A DNA stretch of 63,015 nucleotides, the filler included, from Welwitschia mirabilis (lineage: Eukaryota): the NCBI GenBank assembly GCA_051453625.1. It is 9 parts of one record of this genome, joined end to end, with 100 filler letters (N's around TTAATTAATTAA, not from the genome) between each part and the next. Parts side by side here need not be neighbours in the genome. Positions count along the whole stretch, not along the records: positions 42,643 to 57,278 come from JBOZIK010000001.1; positions 57,379 to 63,015 come from JBOZIK010000001.1; 7 more parts are not named here. One strand, written 5' to 3'. A program made the position numbers and the translations under genes. Below, one piece after another: positions 52,393 to 63,015 of this stretch (positions are counted from its first letter, which is position 1; every line of letters begins with the position of its first letter). The notes below the pieces were generated by a model, which did not search any database, was not told the origin of the DNA, and saw nothing but the letters and a program-made list of their open reading frames with translations.

Positions 52393-53699
52393 AACAGTGT
52401 ATCATTACTCTATAAGTTTTTTGTTTTAGTTTTTATTTTTACTAACCTCTAATGTCCCCTTCGTCATCTAAATGTCACAGTCAGATGACTATCCTTTTTC
52501 TACTTTCTTTATTTTTGGGGTTATCTATGTTTCTGTCGTCTAGGTTATCATCCAGATGACATACAGGATGGCACTTCAGATCTAAGACTGAATGGTTAAG
52601 ATTGAAAAAGATGAAAAATATTAGAGAGAATGACAGTTCATTGCAAAAAATATTAGAAAAGGTTTGCTAAATTTTAAAATTGAAAATCAAAACAGTGAAG
52701 ATACTCAAAATTTATAATTTCTTGCAATTTCTAATTTTAATTTCACAGAATCTGATACCATTTCGACATCTTACCAAAAATAACCTATTTCTTTAAATCC
52801 ATTCCCTGTCATTGGAATCATTGCTNNNNNNNNNNNNNNNNNNNNNNNNNNNNNNNNNNNNNNNNNNNNNNNNNNNNNNNNNNNNNNNNNNNNNNNNNNN
52901 NNNNNNNNNNNNNNNNNNNNNNNNNNNNNNNNNNNNNNNNNNNNNNNNNNNNNNNNNNNNNNNNNNNNNNNNNNNNNNNNNNNNNNNNNNNNNNNNNNNN
53001 NNNNNNNNNNNNNNNNNNNNNNNNNNNNNNNNNNNNNNNNNNNNNNNNNNNNNNNNNNNNNNNNNNNNNNNNNNNNNNNNNNNNNNNNNNNNNNNNNNNN
53101 NNNNNNNNNNNNNNNNNNNNNNNNNNNNNNNNNNNNNNNNNNNNNNNNNNNNNNNNNNNNNNNNNNNNNNNNNNNNNNNNNNNNNNNNNNNNNNNNNNNN
53201 NNNNNNNNNNNNNNNNNNNNNNNNNNNNNNNNNNNNNNNNNNNNNNNNNNNNNNNNNNNNNNNNNNNNNNNNNNNNNNNNNNNNNNNNNNNNNNNNNNNN
53301 NNNNNNNNNNNNNNNNNNNNNNNNNNNNNNNNNNNNNNNNNNNNNNNNNNNNNNNNNNNNNNNNNNNNNNNNNNNNNNNNNNNNNNNNNNNNNNNNNNNN
53401 NNNNNNNNNNNNNNNNNNNNNNNNNNNNNNNNNNNNNNNNNNNNNNNNNNNNNNNNNNNNNNNNNNNNNNNNNNNNNNNNNNNNNNNNNNNNNNNNNNNC
53501 AGTTCATTGCAAAAAATATTAGAAAAGGTTTGCTAAATTTTAAAATTAAAAATTAAAATAGTGAAGATACCCAAAATTTATAATTTCTTGCAATTTCTAA
53601 TTTTAATTTTGCAAAATCTGATACCATGTCAACATCTCAACAAAAATAACCTATTTCTTTAAATCCATTTCCTATCATTGGAATCATTACTTCTAATCC

Positions 53700-55790
53700 T
53701 TTTCAGCCCAATACTCGTGCTACTCTGAGAGATCTCATAGCATATTAAAAACTTGAANNNNNNNNNNNNNNNNNNNNNNNNNNNNNNNNNGATGTAGAAC
53801 TTAAAAACTTGAATGCTTATCCTACCTTTCGTAGAGAACCTGTTGAAGAGCCCTTACAACACATTGTCAAAATTAAACAACTCATCCTTACTTTCGAAAA
53901 TGGTAAAAAGCGAATAACTAATAGAACCTACATAATCATTTTTCCCATCACATTGCGAGATAAGGCTAAACTTTGGCTCAGAACAATTTGCCATAAGAGC
54001 CTGAAATCTTAGAGTCAAGTTCAAGAAGCCTTCATAAAGAGATTTATGAATGAAACGATCATCTGGAAATGTAAAAAGGAAGTCACAAACTTCCAATAAT
54101 TACCTAAGGAGGACTATGCTTCTGCATANNNNNNNNNNNNNNNNNNNNNNNNNNNNNNNNNNNNNNNNNNNNNNNNNNNNNNNNNNNNNNNNNNNNNNNN
54201 NNNNNNNNNNNNNNNNNNNNNNNNNNNNNNNNNNNNNNNNNNNNNNNNNNNNNNNNNNNNNNNNNNNNNNNNNNNNNNNNNNNNNNNNNNNNNNNNNNNN
54301 NNNNNNNNNNNNNNNNNNNNNNNNNNNNNNNNNNNNNNNNGAGAAAATAGAATAGTAGGCCAAATCATTAAGGACCTAAAAGAAATCAAACACAAGAAAA
54401 ATAAAACTAGAATAGAGAATGAACCAACTAGCGTCATTAAGGATTTAACTTCTACTTTAGAGAAATATATACAAATGATCCTTGATGCTAAAGTGGCAAT
54501 TGAGAAGAGTTAAATTATTATTCCAAATTGTGATTTGTGTGAGGATAGTTATCACATCACAAAAGATTGTCCTTTACTTCCTACATGTAAAGAAAGAATT
54601 TATGAAAAAGTTCGTTCTTTGAACCAAGGACCCTCCAACTACATTCACAACTACAACCAAAGACAANNNNNNNNNNNNNNNNNNNNNNNNNNNNNNNNNN
54701 NNNNNNNNNNNNNNNNNNNNNNNNNNNNNNNNNNNNNNNNNNNNNNNNNNNNNNNNNNNNNNNNNNNNNNNNNNNNNNNNNNNNNNNNNNNNNNNNNNNN
54801 NNNNNNNNNNNNNNNNNNNNNNNNNNNNNNNNNNNNNNNNNNNNNNNNNNNNNNNNNNNNNNNNNNNNNNNNNNNNNNNNNNNNNNNNNNNNNNNNNNNN
54901 NNNNNNNNNNNNNNNNNNNNNNNNNNNNNNNNNNNNNNNNNNNNNNNNNNNNNNNNNNNNNNNNNNNNNNNNNNNNNNNNNNNNNNNNNNNNNNNNNNNN
55001 NNNNNNNNNNNNNNNNNNNNNNNNNNNNNNNNNNNNNNNNTCATAAGGATTTAACTTTCCACAATAACAGAAATGATGAGGAAGGAGACATAGAAATCCC
55101 AGAAAATCAGTCCTTCCCTTCCTCACTTAGTAACAAAAAGAAAAATACTTCCCATAAGAAACCTACTATCCCATGGCTTAATAGGCTTAACAAAAACCCT
55201 ATTTTTAATGACTATTTTAAAGCTCTAATGTAAAATGTGATCATCAACTTACCTTTTTGGAAACTTTTGTAAGAAAATCCCAAATACTCTAAGCTATNNN
55301 NNNNNNNNNNNNNNNNNNNNNNNNNNNNNNNNNNNNNNNNNNNNNNNNNNNNNNNNNNNNNNNNNNNNNNNNNNNNNNNNNNNNNNNNNNNNNNNNNNNN
55401 NNNNNNNNNNNNNNNNNNNNNNNNNNNNNNNNNNNNNNNNNNNNNNNNNNNNNNNNNNNNNNNNNNNNNNNNNNNNNNNNNNNNNNNNNNNNNNNNNNNN
55501 NNNNNNNNNNNNNNNNNNNNNNNNNNNNNNNNNNNNNNNNNNNNNNNNNNNNNNNNNNNNNNNNNNNNNNNNNNNNNNNNNNNNNNNTTAGGTATGATAA
55601 AGGACTTGGTTATTCAAATAGAGGAAGATTTCTACCCCATTGATGTAGTTATTTTAGAAGTTGAGAATCAAAATAGATATCCCCTACTTTTAGGTAGAGC
55701 TTTCTGTGCAATAGTTCATTGCATCATAGACATAAGAACTGGATTGATGAAATGTCATTTTGAAAATAAATGATTTTCAATAAGAGTATT
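53700..55790 (+). pseudogene. gag and aspartic-protease region, disrupted
   Basis: FPITLRDKAKLWL..AFIKRF; CDLCEDSYHITKDCP knuckle; GMIKDLVIQIEEDFYPIDVVILE..PLLLGRAF..IDIRTG. Confidence 0.85.
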
Positions 55791-57419
55791 TAATGTAGCA
55801 GAAAAATATTTAGTAAATGATTTAGGATTAGAGGAAGATATAAAATCTAGCCTATTTTTACAGAACCGTTTAACTCTAAAGCAAATTGCAAAAGATAAAA
55901 TCATAAAACTTATGAGTGAGAAATGATGTATGAAGATAGACAATGGTTGAAATGACATGAGGATTTTTAGATACAACTATAAACATAGTAGAAGCACTTG
56001 TTTCCTATCTAAGTTTTTTCTTAGCCTACTCCATGGTTAAATATTATGACTTCACCTGATCATCTTTCAAACTTGACTTATGAATTACTTTATAAAGTAT
56101 CATGATTAGTTTTATACTTGGGCATTTAAAGGTGGTAAGATTGGATTCACCCAATCTTGAGACATTCCCATGTCTATAGACTGTAATTATAGGAAGATGC
56201 CTTAGTTTTTTGTGTTTTTTCAATGCTGGTTAAATCTTAGGTTATTTGAGAATGTTGTTTTCTATTTTTTATCTTACTTATTCACTTTTGTCTTTTTTAA
56301 NNNNNNNNNNNNNNNNNNNNNNNNNNNNNNNNNNNNNNNNNNNNNNNNNNNNNNNNNNNNNNNNNNNNNNNNNNNNNNNNNNNNNNNNNNNNNNNNNNNN
56401 NNNNNNNNNNNNNNNNNNNNNNNNNNNNNNNNNNNNNNNNNNNNNNNNNNNNNNNNNNNNNNNNNNNNNNNNNNNNNNNNNNNNNNNNNNNNNNNNNNNN
56501 NNNNNNNNNNNNNNNNNNNNNNNNNNNNNNNNNNNNNNNNNNNNNNNNNNNNNNNNNNNNNNNNNNNNNNNNNNNNNNNNNNNNNNNNNNNNNNNNNNNN
56601 NNNNNNNNNNNNNNNNNNNNNNNNNNNNNNNNNNNNNNNNNNNNNNNNNNNNNNNNNNNNNNNNNNNNNNNNNNNNNNNNNNNNNNNNNNNNNNNNNNNN
56701 NNNNNNNNNNNNNNNNNNNNNNNNNNNNNNNNNNNNNNNNNNNNNNNNNNNNNNNNNNNNNNNNNNNNNNNNNNNNNNNNNNNNNNNNNNNNNNNNNNNN
56801 NNNNNNNNNNNNNNNNNNNNNNNNNNNNNNNNNNNNNNNNNNNNNNNNNNNNNNNNNNNNNNNNNNNNNNNNNNNNNNNNNNNNNNNNNNNNNNNNNNNN
56901 NNNNNNNNNNNNNNNNNNNNNNNNNNNNNNNNNNNNNNNNNNNNNNNNNNTGGTTATGCTTCGCAAGTCTTTACTCCTCTGACAGTGGTTGCACTTCCCT
57001 CATCATGGTAAAAAGAAATAAAATCTTTAGTCTTCCCACATGATTATTTCACTTTTAGAGATTCCGGTGAGTTTGTAGGTAGAAGCAAATGAGTCTATTT
57101 CTTAAAAACTTTTGGTTTTAACTTTCATTGTTCCACATACCTGATACTTTGGATATTGCTATCACCACTGCCTTTTCAAATGAAATTTCTAAAGATAATA
57201 CATTTTGTCATGAATCTTTACTCAGGTGATGTATAATGTTTGTCATGGGATTTTGCTAGGTTAGTACTTAGGGTAGATNNNNNNNNNNNNNNNNNNNNNN
57301 NNNNNNNNNNNNNNNNNNNNNNTTAATTAATTAANNNNNNNNNNNNNNNNNNNNNNNNNNNNNNNNNNNNNNNNNNNNTTTGACCCCATTTACAATAGAA
57401 TTTATTACTGCAGTGTAAA

Positions 57420-57920
57420 AATAGTTGTCAGCTCATCTGTCATCCACACGATAAAGGGGACGATGCTGCCTTAATGGCTTAGACAGTGTGCCATGTATTA
57501 TCATCAACCCCGTGGATTACTTGTATGTAGTCCCAATGCTGTCATCCTATCTGTTATCCAGACAACTATATAGATGATGCCCTGTCAACATGTACCCCAT
57601 GTGATATTGTCAGCACCGCAGGCTTCTGTCCATGTCAGCAGTCTGATCATCTTGGATGTCGTGGGGACAATTGTTGGGACGACGATCTTCTTTTATTATT
57701 TTCTTCAAGGTGAATCAATATTTGCATTTTACAGTCCTCCTCCCGATTATGCAGTATGAGAATAAGCCTGAGAATTTGTCAAAAATGCTAGATATCATAT
57801 GTTTTGCTGATCATCCTATCACGTCTTCATAGTTATTAGTATTATATTAAAACTTATATGAATGTCCTACAAAAATACTCAAAATACACCATCAAATTCC
57901 CACAAATTGATGTCGCAATA
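57420..57920 (-). repeat. 5' part of an Athila-like LTR
   Basis: 57760-57920 aligns with 59185-59347; terminus gcaata is a decayed gcaaca. Confidence 0.65.
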
Positions 57921-58200
57921 ATGACAAAAATGATGACAGCATTTTTTTTTTACTAAACTAAAAATAAAAGTAAAAATGTAAAAATAAAAGCTAATTTTGA
58001 AATTTTAAAACTATTCTGCCTAATGTTATTGGGATGACAGAGAGAACAACAAGGTTTCTAAAAATTACAGAAAATAAAATTACACAAAAATAAATCTACT
58101 TTAAACTATATTAGAAATACAACTTTAATTCAAATAAATAACCTAAAAAAAAGATTCCAGGTACTTATTTGATTAACAACAATTCTCCAGCTCCTTGTAG

Positions 58201-59347
58201 CCTTAGCATTGTGCTAAAATGTTGTTGTGTGAATTCATGCAATTTTGAAGTTCATTAGGTAAAATTGTAAATCAAATAACTTGCAAAAAATACACACTAG
58301 TGGAGATGGAAGTTCACCTAAATATTTTAATCCCAATGAAGGCACTAGGCTAAGAGTTATAGAATTATTTTCCAATATGTTTTTGGTCTTTTATCTTATA
58401 AAAATGAAAGTACATAAATAAGTAAATGTAATGCAAGTAAATGCAAATGAAATATAGGTGAAAATAGACTAAACTCTCTTGATTCCTAACTCTTCTCTCA
58501 CAAGAACTAGCCTTTCTGTAATTTAGATCAATTAAGAAAAGTATCCAACTAGTTCTTAACCAACATAAACTATGAGATCTACCAAGTAGAATATAAAATG
58601 CAATGTAAAATGGAATGGAAATGTAATGCAAATCTAATACTAATCAAGGTCAACCTTAATAAATGTTATCCTTATGATCTAAATAAATTACAAAATTGTT
58701 ACTTTAAACTATATATAATGTAAACCATAAGGGACATACACATAATTGAAATGGAAATAGCAATTGTATTGATTCAAAAAGTATTTGGATTAATTCAAGA
58801 ACTTTACATCCACTTACAATAGAGTAACAACACCTCAATGGAAGAGACTTAACTTAACACCAAGGAAACTTCTTTTTATATCCTTGGATGGACCTTTTAT
58901 CCTTCAATCTTCTGTCATAAGCATATTAGGTCTAAAAGATGGAAATNNNNNNNNNNNNNNNNNNNNNNNNNNNNNNNNNNNNNNNNNNNNNNNNNNNNNN
59001 NNNNNNNNNNNNNNNNNNNNNNNNNNNNNNNNNNNNNNNNNNNNNNNNNNNNNNNNNNNNNNNNNNNNNGCTATCATCCTGCCTGTCATGGAGATGACAT
59101 AGGGGACAATAGGATTCCTTATCTCTAATCTCAAAGCTAAGTTAATATCTTATAAGATGAAGTATTTTTCCAAATATATAGTATTATAATAAGCCTAAGA
59201 AACCACCAAATATGCTAAGAATCACATGGTTCATTGATCATCCTATCAAATCTCCATAATTATTAGTATTACATCCAAACCTATATAAATGTCTTGCAAA
59301 AGCACTCAAAATACACCATCAAATTCCTAAAAATTAGCATCACAACA
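58201..59347 (-). repeat. Degenerate PBS (58201-58216) plus Athila-like LTR (58220-59347)
   Basis: tgttg...caaca termini; shares blocks (aatcccaatgaaggca, taaaccataaggga, aacaccaaggaa) with the 26520-27767 LTR. Confidence 0.75.
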
Positions 59348-59466
59348 CTAAGTATTAACCTTTTCAATGGAATTTTGTAGGCTGAGTCTTAACCTTTCAA
59401 TGGACTTTTGTAGGCTACATCTCAACCTTTTAATAGACTTTTGCAGACTAAGTCTCAACCTTTCAG
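59348..59466 (+). repeat. 33-bp tandem repeat, about 3.5 copies
   Basis: ctgagtcttaacctttcaatggacttttgtagg and variants. Confidence 0.85.
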
Positions 59467-62400
59467 AGGATGTAATAGTAATGATAAGAATGTCCTAGTG
59501 CACTCTTATCACTCGTTCTTTAGTACAAAGATTGTAATGGAGCTCTTCTCCTGTATATGATACAATAATAAAGTACTAGATTTGACTTTGAATGTATAGA
59601 TCTAACAAATGATAGATCGTTCTTGGTTAGGAATATAATGTCAAGATGCTATAGTAATAATCATAGGTTTCAATCCTTTAGTGAAGTGTCAAAAAGTCTT
59701 TTTAGTGATTTCTCTCTGGCTATTTATAATGGAAGGCTTTTAGAATTTATTACAAATAAAAACATGCTTNNNNNNNNNNNNNNNNNNNNNNNNNNNNNNN
59801 NNNNNNNNNNNNNNNNNNNNNNNNNNNNNNNNNNNNNNNNNNNNNNNNNNNNNNNNNNNNNNNNNNNNNNNNNNNNNNNNNNNNNNNNNNNNNNNNNNNN
59901 NNNNNNNNNNNNNNNNNNNNNNNNNNNNNNNNNNNNNNNNNNNNNNNNNNNNNNNNNNNNNNNNNNNNNNNNNNNNNNNNNNNNNNNNNNNNNNNNNNNN
60001 NNNNNNNNNNNNNNNNNNNNNNNNNNNNNNNNNNNNNNNNNNNNNNNNNNNNNNNNNNNNNNNNNNNNNNNNNNNNNNNNNNNNNNNNNNNNNNNNNNNN
60101 NNNNNNNNNNNNNNNNNNNNNNNNNNNNNNNNNNNNNNNNNNNNNNNNNNNNNNNNNNNNNNNNNNNNNNNNNNNNNNNNNNNNNNNNNNNNNNNNNNNN
60201 NNNNNNNNNNNNNNNNNNNNNNNNNNNNNNNNNNNNNNNNNNNNNNNNNNNNNNNNNNNNNNNNNNNNNNNNNNNNNNNNNNNNNNNNNNNNNNNNNNNN
60301 NNNNNNNACACAATTTTATTTTTATAAAATAGAACATTAATTCAAAATTTATAGCTTATAAATAGAAAATAAAATAATTGACTTTTTATAACTTAGTAGG
60401 ATTATATTACTAGTAAGCTATTAAAAAATGAAGAAATCATTTTTATATCTTATCAAGGGGAGTACTAGTAAATACTTAAAATAATAGGCCTATGTTAAAC
60501 TATTTTTCAAGGACTTACAAATATTTTAGTAGAAGTAAAAATACTTTTAATAGTTAGAATTTATTTAGGTTTATGTCTTATTTCTTNNNNNNNNNNNNNN
60601 NNNNNNNNNNNNNNNNNNNNNNNNNNNNNNNNNNNNNNNNNNNNNNNNNNNNNNNNNNNNNNNNNNNNNNNNNNNNNNNNNNNNNNNNNNNNNNNNNNNN
60701 NNNNNNNNNNNNNNAGTTTTAGTATTATTTTTAGCTAAAATATATAAAAATTATGATATGCTGATGGATATATAAAAGAATAAAAATTAAGTTCCATCAA
60801 TAGAAGAAGGAAGGAATATGACATTTAAATTAGTGGGAATTCAAAACATGAGTTAGAGAAATTACATTCAACATTACTCCTAATTTAACTTATACAGATT
60901 TACTTCTATCTAACCCCTAATTTAGATGTATTTACGTTATAAAACTATTTTGCTAGACTATGTGATAAGATAAATATTGGGTATACCTTAAATAGGAAGG
61001 GAATAATTCCATGTAAATATTTTTAAAAATAAATTTTCATTATTTAGATTCACCATGAAAAATGTATATTTATTTTTAGATGTTACCAATGCTTACTCCT
61101 TATCTTTAGCTCTCATGTCCATGTTTTAGAATAATAGGAGATTTGGTATATGTAAATTTTGTTTTCATGTAATTAACAAAGGAAGGGAAAAACCAAAAGT
61201 ATTCCCCTCTCCATTATTATTAGTAACATTATGAGANNNNNNNNNNNNNNNNNNNNNNNNNNNNNNNNNNNNNNNNNNNNNNNNNNNNNNNNNNNNNNNN
61301 NNNNNNNNNNNNNNNNNNNNNNNTAAAGATATGATAGATCTAATTAGACTTAAAAATAGTAAGTGGGAATATTTAAAGATCAAAAATAAAAAGAAGAAAA
61401 AGAATAATAAGAATAAAAAAAATCACCTTTACTCCATCATACATATAGCCATGATATTAGTGCCCACTTTGATGTACAAGCATCATTAGAAATTAAAATT
61501 AAAATGATTTTACATTAGTAAGTGGTATTCTATATAAAATAAAGATAATCATGTGTAATAGGCATGTTGAAAATGAGTAGCCATTTAATTTAGCATGCTT
61601 AAAGGAAACCTAGTTATAAGAAATATGTTATGTTTAGATAAAATCTTGGTATGATGAACATGCTATGTTTAAAAGATGTCTGCAGTAAAACATGCAAGAG
61701 ACTAACATTATAGAATTCCTTTAGGATTAAGATTTCTCTTAAATCTTTATAAATAAGAGTAAGTGGTGAGATGAAGAGTATGTTTTAGGAGTTAAAGTTA
61801 AAATGGATAAGTGAAATATCTTGGATTTGGGAGCTACAGAGGAGCTATTTTTTGGAAAATTTAGGAGAAGGTTCCTTAAGTGAGATTTTGACTTACTTAT
61901 ATTTTATCTTAAATAATATCAAGCATCAAAGTAATTAAAGTGATAAAAGTTAGGATTTTAAATCCCATAATTAAGAAGAGCTCACAAAAGCTCTATTAGA
62001 TGGGATTTTAGTTTGTGAGCTTGTACTTTTTATACCATTAATATAAAGTAAATATTTTATCACATTAAATATCTTTTTTTCACAAATTTATTTTTCTTTG
62101 TATTCCTTATTAAACATAAAATTCCAAAAGTATTCATGGTGTTTTCATTGTATCATCTATACATCACACTTCCTCCTATAAGAAAATAGAGTTTCTGGAA
62201 CTAGCACCTCTTTCTTTTATCTTTGTCCTTATTTCATCTCTTATATTATCTTGTTTTCTCTTATTTTCTCTCATGACATATATAATATTTTTATATTAAT
62301 TAATAGTAAAAGTGTGTTTTTCTTTTATTACATAACTTTATGTGATATCTTCTAATTTTTTTAACTTAATTAAATCTTTAAGAAAAATGTATAAATTTGA

Positions 62401-63015
62401 TAAAAGGGATGAAATTTAGCACTATTATCTAAAATATTATTGAAAATAATTTGATTTATGTAGAAATGTCCATTTTTTAAACTCAAAAAAAATTGAAATT
62501 TTACAATATCAAATGGGACCTTTCTAATGAATTTGAATGTTAACCTAGTGATTTACATGATCCAAACTGATTTTTCTAACATATGAGTGTTAATCAAAGA
62601 TTATTAGATTATTTGTTTCATAAATTAAATTACTACTATGGCACATAAATAATGTATTTAAAAACATTTAAATTATAAGATAGTCTTTACAACACTTCCT
62701 TATAGAAACTTTCCTAAAAGACTAGAAAATAACTAGTTGAGAATGTTTTTATAGTTAAATTTTTAAATTTTAATTTTTAAACTTTAGTAAGTTAATATAT
62801 TTTTAAGACTAAAGGATTGATGTTTCATATTTTATTTATAAGTCATCCTAAGCTACCTAAACTTCATTTGATCCAAGCTAGATAATTATATTATTACCAA
62901 TATCTAGATTATTAACACTACTAGTGTTATGAAACTAAGTGGGTTTGCAAAAGTAGATGAGATAATTAAATGCTATGATGATAGATTAACCTTATAACCT
63001 AGTGCTAAACTAATT

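Larger units (their letters stand above)
50242..57278 (+). mobile_element. Athila-like element (related to 18150-27767): LTR-PBS-gag-protease, 3' end not visible
   Basis: LTR 50242-52097 (tgttgc...gcaata) has ends homologous to the other LTRs; PBS tggcaccatttccagaaa at 52101; gag and protease follow. Confidence 0.8.

Noticed and set aside
11703-57334. Eight identical TTAATTAATTAA palindromes as a biological repeat system
   Set aside because: Always centred in 44+44 N; a synthetic six-frame-stop contig spacer.
5935-60337. Long ORFs in the track made mostly of X
   Set aside because: They are open only because they run through N gaps.
59470-63015. Further LTR-like segments (TATA-like motifs near 59720 and 61745)
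   Set aside because: No paired ends, PBS, PPT or coding motif could be established.

Overview
Very AT-rich, CpG-depleted plant nuclear DNA from a gappy draft assembly; the retroelement proteins look gymnosperm-like (inference). Eight artificial N44-TTAATTAATTAA-N44 linkers and many other N gaps break it up. I see no intact protein-coding gene, RNA gene or CRISPR. Almost everything is nested, decayed transposons: a Gypsy pol remnant (0.7-3.1 kb), a full-length Sirevirus-type Copia (4094-16896, near-matching TSD), an Athila-like Gypsy (18150-27767, TSD TTCAT/TTCAC, env-like ORF), a LINE (27.8-30.9 kb), two more Sirevirus-type Copia pol regions, two tandem Gypsy gag-pol copies, a plus-strand gag-protease Athila-like element and a probable CACTA end. 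Two host-like fragments were missed by the ORF track. One is a frameshifted remorin C-terminal exon (344-422, minus). The other is a decayed, atypical intronless DnaJ/J-domain ORF (17829-18099, minus; second copy near 12 kb) lying beside the Athila-like insertion site.
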